Positions 26,307 to 34,604 of a DNA stretch of 51,770 nt are shown piece by piece (the first letter of the stretch is position 1; the number at the start of each line of letters is the position of its first letter). Where the stretch lies: assembly GCA_036273575.1 (NCBI GenBank), contig DASUHI010000123.1, forward strand, positions 1 to 51,770, read 5' to 3'. The notes beneath the pieces are model-generated. The model searched no databases and was not told the origin of the DNA. It worked only from the letters and a program-made list of their open reading frames with translations. The position numbers were made by a program, and so were the translations under genes. This DNA comes from Streptosporangiaceae bacterium (GTDB taxonomy: Bacteria; Actinomycetota; Actinomycetes; Streptosporangiales; Streptosporangiaceae).

Positions 26307-27679
26307 GGGACATGGCGATACGCACGTTCGGGACGACCGCGGTCGACTGGGAGCAGCGGGTGGACTTCGACCGGCTCCGCACCGCCCGGCTCGCCAGGCT
26401 GAAGGAGCACCTGGAGCGGTCTGAGCTCGGGGCGCTGCTGAGCTTCGACATGGCCAACACCAGGTACATGACCGCCACGCACATCGGCACCTGGGCCATG
26501 GACAAGCTGATCAGGTTCGCGTTGCTGCCACGCGGCGGCGAGCCGGTCGTGTGGGACTTCGGATCGGCGGCCAGGCACCACCAGCTGTACAACCCGTGGC
26601 TTGACCACACGCCTGGGGAGCCGACCGCGGCCGGCGCGGCCAGGACAGGCGCGCGGGCCGGCATCTCCACGCTGCGCGGCGCGTTCCACCCGGACGCGGG
26701 GATCGCGACGGAGCTGGCCAGAACCGTCGCCGCTGAGCTGCGTGAACTGGGCCTGGCCAGCGAGCCCGTGGGTGTCGACGTCGCGGAGATGCCGGTGCTG
26801 GCCGCCCTCGCTGCCGAGGGCATCAGGGCGGTCGACGGGCAGCAGGTGTTCCTCGAGGCGCGCAGGATCAAGACCGCCGATGAGATCACACTGCTCACCC
26901 ACGCCTGCTCGATGGTCGACGCCGCCTACGACGAGCTATACGCGTTCCTGCGCCCGGGAGTGCGCGAAAACGAGTGCGTCGGGCTCGTCAGCAAGGTGCT
27001 CTACGACCTGGGCAGCGAATACGTGGAGGGCGTCAACGCGATCTCTGGCGAGCGCTGCTCGCCGCACCCGCACGTGTTCAGCGACCGGATCCTGCGGCCC
27101 GGAGACCCCGCGTTCTTCGACATCTTGCACAGCTTCAACGGCTACCGGACCTGCTACTACCGCACGCTCGCGGTCGGCAGCGCGTCAAGGGCGCAGCGCG
27201 ACGCGTACGTCAGGTGCCGTGAATACATGGACGCGGCGATCGCGATGGTCAAGCCTGGGGCGACCACCGGCGAGATCGTGGCGCTGTGGCCGCGCGCGGA
27301 GGAGTTCGGATTTCCCGACGAGACAGCCGCGTTCGCGCTGCAGTACGGGCACGGGGTCGGCCTGTCGATCTGGGAGAAGCCGATCTTCAGCAGGCTCGTG
27401 TCGCTCGACCACCCTGAACCGCTGGAGGAGGGCATGGTGTTCGCGCTCGAGACGTACTGGCCCGCGGCCGACGGCTGGTCGGCGGCCCGGATTGAGGAGG
27501 AGGTCGTGGTGACGGCCGACGGCTGCCAGGTGATCACGAAGTTCCCCGCCGAGGACCTGCTCGTGGCGGGCCGGAAGTACTGGACCGTGGGCGGCGCGCT
27601 CGACACGCTCCGCGAGAGCCAGTCACATTTGAACACTGCTGCAGGTAGAGGCGAGATGATCCCTGGGCAGGCGACATGA
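26303..27679 (+). CDS. M24-family pita-bread-fold hydrolase (creatinase / Xaa-Pro peptidase / ectoine-hydrolase-like)
   Basis: The start overlaps the upstream stop (GTGA), with an alternative ATG at 26312. It has a creatinase-like N-domain and C-domain motifs FFD...GYRTCYYRT, HGVGLSIWE, ALETYW and RIEEEVVVT. Confidence 0.8.
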   Translation: MRDMAIRTFGTTAVDWEQRVDFDRLRTARLARLKEHLERSELGALLSFDMANTRYMTATHIGTWAMDKLIRFALLPRGGEPVVWDFGSAARHHQLYNPWLDHTPGEPTAAGAARTGARAGISTLRGAFHPDAGIATELARTVAAELRELGLASEPVGVDVAEMPVLAALAAEGIRAVDGQQVFLEARRIKTADEITLLTHACSMVDAAYDELYAFLRPGVRENECVGLVSKVLYDLGSEYVEGVNAISGERCSPHPHVFSDRILRPGDPAFFDILHSFNGYRTCYYRTLAVGSASRAQRDAYVRCREYMDAAIAMVKPGATTGEIVALWPRAEEFGFPDETAAFALQYGHGVGLSIWEKPIFSRLVSLDHPEPLEEGMVFALETYWPAADGWSAARIEEEVVVTADGCQVITKFPAEDLLVAGRKYWTVGGALDTLRESQSHLNTAAGRGEMIPGQAT

Positions 27680-28671
27680 CGACGCCGACGAGCATGGACG
27701 CCGACCGGCTGCTCGCGCTGTACGAGCAGATGGCGGTCATCAGGCGGACCGAGAAGGCCGCGCATGACCTGTTCCTCGCTGGCCTGGTCAAGGGCACCAC
27801 GCACCTGGCCGCCGGACACGAGGCGGTCGCTGTCGGCGCGAGCGCGAGCCTGCGTCCCGACGATTATGTGTTCGCGACCTACCGCGGGCACCATCACGCT
27901 ATCGCCCGCGGCGCCAGCCCAGAAGAATGCCTGGCCGAGCTGATGAGCAAGGCCACGGGGGTGTGCAAGGCCAAGGGCGGGTCGATGCACCTGACCAAGG
28001 CGACCGCCGGGATGCTCGGCTCCTATGCCATCGTCGGCGCGCACCTGCCGCTCGCGGCCGGCGCCGCGTGGTCGGCCAAGCTCAGGGGTTCCAGCCAGGT
28101 CGCCGTCGCGTTCTTCGGTGACGGCGCGACCAACATCGGGGCGTTCCACGAGGCGCTCAACATCGCGTCGGTGTGGTCCCTTCCCGTGCTGTTCATCTGC
28201 GAGAACAACCTCTACATGGAGTACACGCCGATCGGCTCGGTCACCGCGGTGCCGAACCCGGCCGCCGACCGGGCGCCCGCCTACGCGATGCCCGCCGAGG
28301 TGATCGACGGCAACGACGTCGTCGTGGTTGCCGACGCCGTCGCCCGCGCCGCCGAGCGGGCCAGGTCGGGCCAGGGCCCCACGGTGATCGAGGCGCGGAC
28401 GTACCGCCACTTCGGCCACAGCCGCACCGACCCCGCGACGTACCGTCCGCCGGAAGAGCTGCAGGAATGGCTGGAACGGGACCCGCTGGACATCGCCAGG
28501 GCCAGGCTGGCCGAACTCGGCGTGCCCGTCGAGCGGGCGATCGAGGCCGACGACCGCGCGGCCGGGCTGGTCGAGGCCGCGGTGGCGGCGGCGCGTGCCG
28601 CGCCACCGCCCGACCCGGCCGACGCATTCACCGATGTCTGGGCGGACGGAGGCTCGCAATGGCGGACGTGA
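27676..28671 (+). CDS. Thiamine-diphosphate-dependent 2-oxoacid/acetoin dehydrogenase E1 alpha subunit
   Basis: The start overlaps the M24 stop (ATGA). The TPP-binding motif is FFGDGATNIGAFHEALNIASVWSLPVLFICENNLY. Confidence 0.9.
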   Translation: MTTPTSMDADRLLALYEQMAVIRRTEKAAHDLFLAGLVKGTTHLAAGHEAVAVGASASLRPDDYVFATYRGHHHAIARGASPEECLAELMSKATGVCKAKGGSMHLTKATAGMLGSYAIVGAHLPLAAGAAWSAKLRGSSQVAVAFFGDGATNIGAFHEALNIASVWSLPVLFICENNLYMEYTPIGSVTAVPNPAADRAPAYAMPAEVIDGNDVVVVADAVARAAERARSGQGPTVIEARTYRHFGHSRTDPATYRPPEELQEWLERDPLDIARARLAELGVPVERAIEADDRAAGLVEAAVAAARAAPPPDPADAFTDVWADGGSQWRT

Positions 28672-29636
28672 CGTACCGGGAGGCCGTCGCCGAGGGGCTG
28701 GCCCGCGAGCTGCGGCGCGACCCAGCCGTGGTCTGCCTCGGCGAGGACATCGGCAAGGCCGGCGGCGTGTTCAAGACCACGCAGGGCCTATTCGAGGAGT
28801 TCGGGCCGGGCAGGATCTGGGACACGCCGATCTCCGAGCAGGCGATCCTCGGTCTCGCGATGGGCGCCGCGATGACCGGCATGCGGCCGGTCGCGGAGAT
28901 CATGTTCTCCGACTTCTTCGCCGTGTGCTGGGACTACCTGGCCAACGAGATACCGAAGATGCGGTACATGACCGGCGGGCAGGTCAGGATCCCGCTCGTG
29001 GTCCGCACCGCCAACGGCGGCGGCCTCGGGTTCGGCGCTCAGCACTCCCAGGCCGTGGAGAACTGGACGCTCACGATCCCGGGGCTGAAGATCGTGGCGC
29101 CGTCGAACCCGGCCGACGTCGTCGGCCTCATGGCCTCCGCGGTGCGCAGCGAGGACCCGGTGGTGTTCTTCGAGCACAAAGGCCTGTTCGCGAGCAAGGG
29201 CGAGGCCGCTCCCGAGGGTCACGTGATCCCCCTCGGCGAGGCGGCGATTGCCAGGCAGGGGACCGACGTCACCGTCGTGGCGCTGGCCGCGACCGTGCCG
29301 ATGGCGCTCACGGCCGCCGAGCGGCTGGCCGCCGACGGCGTCAGCGTGGAGGTCGTCGACCTGCGCTGCCTGGTGCCGCTGGACATGGCGACCGTGCTCG
29401 CGTCGGTCGCGAAGACCTCGCGGCTGCTGATCGTCGAGGAGAACCCGTACCAGGGCGGCTGGGGCGGCACGGTCGCGTCGATCGTTGCGGACGAGGGATT
29501 CGAGACGCTCGACGCGCCGGTGAAGCGCGTGGCCGCGGCCTGCGTCCCGCTCCCCTTCGCCGACGCCCTCGAACAGCAAGTGATCCCGACCGCCGACTCC
29601 CTCACCTCCGCCCTCCGGACCCTCGCCGCCTACTGA
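28659..29636 (+). CDS. 2-oxoacid/acetoin dehydrogenase E1 beta subunit
   Basis: The start is trimmed to ATG 28659 (MADVTYREAVAEGLARELRRDP), a 13-nt overlap with E1 alpha. The pattern CLGEDIGKAGGVFKTTQGL and the transketolase-C-like domain are classical E1 beta features. Confidence 0.9.
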   Translation: MADVTYREAVAEGLARELRRDPAVVCLGEDIGKAGGVFKTTQGLFEEFGPGRIWDTPISEQAILGLAMGAAMTGMRPVAEIMFSDFFAVCWDYLANEIPKMRYMTGGQVRIPLVVRTANGGGLGFGAQHSQAVENWTLTIPGLKIVAPSNPADVVGLMASAVRSEDPVVFFEHKGLFASKGEAAPEGHVIPLGEAAIARQGTDVTVVALAATVPMALTAAERLAADGVSVEVVDLRCLVPLDMATVLASVAKTSRLLIVEENPYQGGWGGTVASIVADEGFETLDAPVKRVAAACVPLPFADALEQQVIPTADSLTSALRTLAAY

Positions 29637-29652
29637 CCCCCAGCCCGTGGCA

Positions 29653-29704
29653 ACAACGGGGGCGCCCTGTTGTCGTTCTAACGACAACAGGGCGCCCCCG
29701 TTGT
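29653..29704. terminator. Perfect 25-bp inverted repeat (2-nt centre), candidate factor-independent terminator/insulator
   Basis: ACAACGGGGGCGCCCTGTTGTCGTT (29653-29677), then ct, then AACGACAACAGGGCGCCCCCGTTGT (29680-29704). It begins 17 nt after the E1 beta stop and has no U-tract. Confidence 0.6.
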
Positions 29705-29739
29705 GAGGGGGACGGGCTTTGCGGCGGCAGAAGCGTGGG

Positions 29740-29965
29740 CGTCCTGTTACGTGTGAATGGCATGTGGCATTTGAGGTTCGAGTGTGATTCATGTCATGGA
29801 TGTTTTTCGGTGATTCTGCCTTCCTTAGCCCGGAAGTTCGGGCATCGTAGGGATGCAAAGCACCCCGCGTGCCTGAGATGTTACTGAGAGTAACCAGGCA
29901 TTCGCCTTGAACCCGCGAAGCCGCCAGCACGCAGAATGCCCGGCGCCAATGCCCGGCCAATGAGG
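29740..29965 (+). promoter_or_regulatory. Candidate ydaO/yuaA-class (c-di-AMP) riboswitch leader
   Basis: This low-GC, hairpin-rich leader sits upstream of a cell-wall lytic transglycosylase. By eye it shares blocks with conserved ydaO cores: CGGUGAUUCUGCC (29808-29820, compare GGGGUGAAUCC/GGUUAAUCUGC), hairpin GCCCG-GAAGUU-CGGGC (29828-29843), GUAGGGAUGC (29847-29856, compare GUAGGGAUACC), and ACCCGCGAAGCCGCCAGC (29911-29928, compare ACCCGA.CCCG.CAGC). It has not been verified with a covariance model. Confidence 0.5.
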
Positions 29966-30011
29966 GGTGGCAGGTGAGCACGCGAATGGCGTGCCCGACC
30001 GAGAGTTCACC

Positions 30012-30584
30012 TTGATTCGCTCGCGATCGCTGAACCGTACGTCCACGACCCGATTCACCATCGCCCGCATCATCATCGCAGGGAGCGCACCGGTACTCGC
30101 CGCCGCGGCCATCGCCGCGGGGAGCGGGTTCATCGGCAGCGGAACACCTGCTCATACGGTCAGGCCGGCCGCGGCGCGCGCCGCGCAGGCATCCACGTCG
30201 GTGACCGGCCAGGCGAGATCAGCCACACTCCTGTCCACCCAGGCGGAGCCCGCCGTGTGGTGGCGGCACCATCGCCTGGGCTGGAAGCGTGAGATCGCTT
30301 GGAAGATGATGTACACCAGGTTCAACTGGCGGCCGAGGCACCAGTTCAGGTTCCTCAACCGGCTGTGGAATCGGGAGAGCAGCTGGAACGTCCACGCCTA
30401 CAACCCCTACTCGGGTGCGTACGGCATTCCGCAGGCCGTTCCCGGCGGCAAGATGTCATCGGCCGGCCCGCACTGGCGGACCAGCGCGCGAACCCAGATC
30501 AGGTGGGGGCTGCGCTACATCAGGTCACGCTATGGCTCGCCGCGGCGGGCGTGGGCGCACTCGTGCGCCACGGGCTGGTACTAG
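30012..30584 (+). CDS. Secreted lytic transglycosylase-domain protein (SLT / aggregation-promoting-factor-C-like)
   Basis: The C-terminal block is WNRESSWNVHAYNPYSGAYGIPQAVPGGKMSSAGPHWRTSARTQIRWGLRYIRSRYGSPRRAWAHSCATGWY. The N-terminus has a signal/anchor (RFTIARIIIAGSAPVLAAAAIAAG). The start is uncertain: TTG 30012 (GAGAG 6 nt upstream), GTG 29991 or GTG 29967. Confidence 0.8.
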   Translation: MIRSRSLNRTSTTRFTIARIIIAGSAPVLAAAAIAAGSGFIGSGTPAHTVRPAAARAAQASTSVTGQARSATLLSTQAEPAVWWRHHRLGWKREIAWKMMYTRFNWRPRHQFRFLNRLWNRESSWNVHAYNPYSGAYGIPQAVPGGKMSSAGPHWRTSARTQIRWGLRYIRSRYGSPRRAWAHSCATGWY

Positions 30585-30607
30585 GCCCAGCGCCACCTGG
30601 CGAGATC

Positions 30608-30641
30608 GCCGGGCGCTCCACTTGCTGGCGGAGCGCCCGGC
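30608..30641. terminator. Bidirectional stem-loop terminator between convergent genes
   Basis: Perfect 12-bp stem GCCGGGCGCTCC (30608-30619) pairing with GGAGCGCCCGGC (30630-30641), with a 10-nt loop. It is followed by TCTTCC. Confidence 0.6.
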
Positions 30642-30650
30642 TCTTCCGGC

Positions 30651-32051
30651 TCAGCCGGTTCTGCCTGCTCCCTGGCTGGCCGGCGCGGCCTGCCATCCGG
30701 CGGGATCGACACCGCCCGGCACAGGCGCCGCGGGATCGTAGGGCGTCCTCGTGTAGATGAACGACCCGATGTCCAGCGCGATCACCGAGCCACCGGGACC
30801 TGTCACCGGCACGAGCGGCTCGCCGGCCTGGTAGCCGTCGAGCCCGCGCCAGCCGCCGTCGCCGTCTGGCGCGAACCGCATGCCGCGGCCGTCCCCGCCC
30901 TCCCTGTTCAGCTCCAGCACGTCGCCGCTCAGCCTGAGCGTGAAAGGGGCCGGTCCCCAGAACCAGGTTCCGAGCATGTCGAGCACCGCCTCATCGACCC
31001 TGACCGGGGTCCACGCGGGCGGGCAGTAAGGCTCGCCCTCGGCCAGGATGCTGAGCAGGTCAGTGCCGAGCGGGGTGCTGAACCCGGCGGTCGAGTTGCA
31101 CAGCACGATCGCCGTGTCCGCGCCCGGGCCGTCGGTGATCTGCAGGAGCGCGGTGAACCCTGGCATCGAGCCGGTGTGACCGTAGTACCGCCCGCCAGCG
31201 ACGTTCCAGAGCTGCAGGCCGAGCCCGTAGCCCATCGCCCAGGACTGCTCGGGCACGTCGCTGATCACGATCGGCTCGCGCATCTCCGCGAGCGTCGCGG
31301 GCGCGAGGATGCCGGGCACGTCGCCTGACAGGAACCTGGCCAAGGCGGCCAGGTCGGCCACGGTGGTCCAGAGCTGGCCGGCCGGAGCCATCGCCCCGGC
31401 GTCGTGCTCGGGCTCCGCGAGCAGCGCGTCGGCGTACGGGTGGACCGCGTAGCCGGTGGCGTGCGGCTGCTGCGGACGGGTCGTGGTCCTGGTCATGCCC
31501 AGCGGTCCCAGCAAGTCGCGCGCGACGACGTCGTACCATGGCAGGCCGTGCTTGGCATCCAGGAGCGCGCCGAGCAGCGCGTAGCCGACGTTCGAGTAGT
31601 GGAACAGGCGGCCGGGCCTGAACCTGGCCGCGTCGTCGCCGAGCGAGGCCGTGGCGAGTTCGGCGAGCGAGGAGCCTGGCGTCCGCTCCCACCACGGGCC
31701 GGCGGTCTCGGCCCGCAGCCCGGCCGAGTGCGAAAGCAGCTGGCCGACCGTCACCGTGCCGGCGGTGCCCGCCGCGCCGTCGTCGAGGTGCGCGCCGATC
31801 GGGTCGGACAGGCTGAGCCGGCCGGCGTCGCGCAGCATGAGCACGGCAGCGGCGATGAACGTCTTGCTGATAGAGCCTGCCCGGTACTGGGTGCCTGCGT
31901 CAGGAGCCTGGCCGTCGACCAGGCCGCGGCCACCCGTCCAGATCAGCTCGCCGTCCCTGACCAGGCCTCCGGCCACCGAAGGAAGCCGCTGAACAGCTTG
32001 ATCACGCGCGAGCCTGACATCGAGGAGGCGCCTGGTCCGCTCATCGATCAT
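30651..32051 (-). CDS. Beta-lactamase-fold serine hydrolase (class C / DD-peptidase-like)
   Basis: Motifs present: SxxK (GSISKTF), YxN (HYSNVGY), and the KTG-analogue GHTGSMPG. There is a C-terminal extra domain. Confidence 0.85.
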   Translation of the reverse strand: MIDERTRRLLDVRLARDQAVQRLPSVAGGLVRDGELIWTGGRGLVDGQAPDAGTQYRAGSISKTFIAAAVLMLRDAGRLSLSDPIGAHLDDGAAGTAGTVTVGQLLSHSAGLRAETAGPWWERTPGSSLAELATASLGDDAARFRPGRLFHYSNVGYALLGALLDAKHGLPWYDVVARDLLGPLGMTRTTTRPQQPHATGYAVHPYADALLAEPEHDAGAMAPAGQLWTTVADLAALARFLSGDVPGILAPATLAEMREPIVISDVPEQSWAMGYGLGLQLWNVAGGRYYGHTGSMPGFTALLQITDGPGADTAIVLCNSTAGFSTPLGTDLLSILAEGEPYCPPAWTPVRVDEAVLDMLGTWFWGPAPFTLRLSGDVLELNREGGDGRGMRFAPDGDGGWRGLDGYQAGEPLVPVTGPGGSVIALDIGSFIYTRTPYDPAAPVPGGVDPAGWQAAPASQGAGRTG

Positions 32052-32175
32052 GGTGACCCAGGTTACCCGCGCCTTACTATCCGGTCAGCCGCCTTCAAGA
32101 TCGCGGACCGATCCGGCGGCGATGCTCCCGCGTCGCCCGATTAGGCTGCCGGTGAACCCGAGCGAAGGACCCGAT

Positions 32176-34569
32176 GTGCCGTTCCTGACTCCCGACGCCG
32201 ACGTGGTCGCCATCATCGACGCCGCGCCGGCACCGCTCGCGTCGCCGTCCCCTGCCGAGCAGTTCGCGATCCTGGTTCACTACCAGGCGCACCCGCCGAT
32301 CGCGATGCTGGCGAGGCTGCGGCTCAGCCTGGCCGGCCTGCGGCTCGATCCGGTCATCGCGGGACGCCAGCGGACCAGGCGGTTCACCGGCCTTTCCGTG
32401 CTGCGGTTCAGCGACGCCGCCGAGCGCTCGCTCCGCCTGCCCGAGGGAGCGCAGGTCAGCGTGCCGGTGTGGGCGCCCGACGGGCGGCGGTTCGCGTTCA
32501 CGGTGGACGAGCCTGACGGAATCGGCGTATGGACCTGCGACGCCGGCGGCGGCGAGGATCCTGTCCAGGTGCCCGGGCTGCGGGTCAGGGACGTGCTCGG
32601 CGCCGAGCCCCCAGGGCTCGGCGGCACCGTGCGGTGGTCAAGGGACGGCATGTCGCTGTACGCGCTCGGCGCGCCTGAGGAGGGGGGCGGCGGGAAGCCG
32701 GCCGATCCGGCGACCGAGCCGCGGATCTCTGAGGTCGTGGGCAAGCGGTCGCAGATGGCGACCTTCCAGGACCTGCTGACGAACACCGCGGACGAGGACA
32801 CGTTCGAGGCGCTGGCGACCACCGCCCCGCTGCGGGTCGATCCGCGGACCGGCGCCGCCACCAGGCTCGGGCCCGACGGCCTGTACCAGTACATCGGGGA
32901 GTCGCCGGACGGCAACTACCTGCTCGTCTACCGGCTGCAGCGGCCGTTCTCCTACCGGGTGCCCTACGGCTACTTCGCCAGGCGCGTCGAGGTGTGGTCG
33001 CGGGCCGGCGACATGGTGCGGGCCGTCGCCGACCTGCCGGTCAGCGACGAGGTGCCGAGGATGGGGGTGCCGACCGGGCCGCGGCAGGTGTCGTGGGACG
33101 AGCGGGCTCCCTCGACGCTGCTGTGGACCGAGGCGCTCGACGGAGGCGACCCCGTCGCGCCGGCCGAGCACCGGGACGCCTTCATGCGGCTGAGGGCGCC
33201 GTTCACCGCGGCGCCCGAGCTCGCGTTCAAGGTGGCGCACCGCTGCCTGGACTGGGTCAACCTGGACGAGCCTGGCGCCCTGCTGCTGACCGAGCACGAC
33301 AGGGACCGCAGGTGGCTGACCACGTGGCTGTGCCATCCGGCCGAGCCTGACCAGAACAAGGTCGTGTTCGACCTGGCGGAGGACGACTCCTACGGCGACC
33401 CAGGCACCCCGATGATGCGGCTGAACCCAGACGGCACGAGGACGATCCGGCAGCACGGCAGCGCGATCTACCTGCGCGGCGACGGCGCGACACCGGAAGG
33501 CGAGCGGCCGTTCCTCGACCGCATGGACCTGCGGACGGGGGCGACGACGAGGCTGCTGCAGAGCCCCGCTGACGCGCACGAGTCGGTGCTGTGCTTCGTG
33601 GCGGGGGCCGACGGCGAACCAGGCAGCGTCGGAGAACCGGGCGGCGACGGCGAGGTCGTGATCTGGCACGAGAGCCCTGCCGAGCCGCCGAACCTCTGGG
33701 TGGTCTCGCTGGCCGGGCGGGCCGCGAGGCGTCAGCTGACGAACTGGCCTGACCCGCACCCGTGGCTCACCGGCATGCGCAAGCAGCTCGTCAGCACCGA
33801 CCGCGGGGACGGCGTGGCCCTGTCCGGCATGCTGCACACGCCGCCCGGCTACGACGCGGACAAGGACGGCCCGCTGCCGCTGGTGATCTGGGCATATCCG
33901 CACGACTTCGGCAGCGCGGGCACCGCAGGTCAGGTGCGCGGCAGCAGCACCAGGTTCACGAGGCTGACCGCGTCGGACCCGGCCTGGTTCGTGCTCCGCG
34001 GTTACGCCGTGCTGGCCAACGCGACGATGCCGGTCATCGGCGACCCGGAGACCAAGAACGACACCTACATCGAGCAGATCGCCGCGGCCGCGGCCGCTCA
34101 CGTCAAGGCCATGGCGGCCGCAGGCGTCGCGGATCCGTCCCGGGTCGCCGTGGGCGGACACAGCTACGGCGCGTTCATGACGGCGAACCTCCTCGCGCAC
34201 ACCGACTTGTTCGCGGCCGGCATCGCCCGCAGCGGCGCCTACAACAGGACGCTGACGCCGTTCGGCTTCCAGACCGAGCGTCGCAGCTTCTGGGAGGTGC
34301 CCGACGTCTATGACCGGGTGTCGCCGTTCAGGTACGCGCACCAGATCAGCGCGCCGATCCTGCTGATCCACGGCGCCGACGATTCGAACTCCGGCACGTT
34401 TCCCGTGCAGTCCGAGCGGCTGTTCCAGGCCATCGGCGGCAACGCGGGGACAGCGAGGCTGGTGATCCTGCCGCTGGAGAGCCACGGCTACCTGGCCAGG
34501 GAGTCCGTACTGCACGTGCTCGCCGAGCAGTTCAGCTGGCTCGAGCGCTGGCTAGGCACGGACGGGTAG
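32176..34569 (+). CDS. S9 family serine peptidase (beta-propeller plus alpha/beta hydrolase domain)
   Basis: The catalytic GGHSYGAFM motif, Asp region IHGADDSN and His region ESHGY are present. The start is set to GTG 32176 (GAAGGA 6 nt upstream), with an alternative ATG at 32122. The listed 32050 start would overlap the divergent gene. Confidence 0.85.
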   Translation: MPFLTPDADVVAIIDAAPAPLASPSPAEQFAILVHYQAHPPIAMLARLRLSLAGLRLDPVIAGRQRTRRFTGLSVLRFSDAAERSLRLPEGAQVSVPVWAPDGRRFAFTVDEPDGIGVWTCDAGGGEDPVQVPGLRVRDVLGAEPPGLGGTVRWSRDGMSLYALGAPEEGGGGKPADPATEPRISEVVGKRSQMATFQDLLTNTADEDTFEALATTAPLRVDPRTGAATRLGPDGLYQYIGESPDGNYLLVYRLQRPFSYRVPYGYFARRVEVWSRAGDMVRAVADLPVSDEVPRMGVPTGPRQVSWDERAPSTLLWTEALDGGDPVAPAEHRDAFMRLRAPFTAAPELAFKVAHRCLDWVNLDEPGALLLTEHDRDRRWLTTWLCHPAEPDQNKVVFDLAEDDSYGDPGTPMMRLNPDGTRTIRQHGSAIYLRGDGATPEGERPFLDRMDLRTGATTRLLQSPADAHESVLCFVAGADGEPGSVGEPGGDGEVVIWHESPAEPPNLWVVSLAGRAARRQLTNWPDPHPWLTGMRKQLVSTDRGDGVALSGMLHTPPGYDADKDGPLPLVIWAYPHDFGSAGTAGQVRGSSTRFTRLTASDPAWFVLRGYAVLANATMPVIGDPETKNDTYIEQIAAAAAAHVKAMAAAGVADPSRVAVGGHSYGAFMTANLLAHTDLFAAGIARSGAYNRTLTPFGFQTERRSFWEVPDVYDRVSPFRYAHQISAPILLIHGADDSNSGTFPVQSERLFQAIGGNAGTARLVILPLESHGYLARESVLHVLAEQFSWLERWLGTDG

Positions 34570-34604
34570 CGCTGGCTAGCACCCCTAGCGCAAGGAGCTC
34601 AGCG

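Noticed and set aside
32638-34515. 625-aa minus-strand ORF opposite the S9 peptidase
   Set aside because: It is a shadow ORF. The plus strand carries the GxSxG/Asp/His peptidase motifs, and the minus-strand product is Arg/Pro/Gly-rich with no domain signature.
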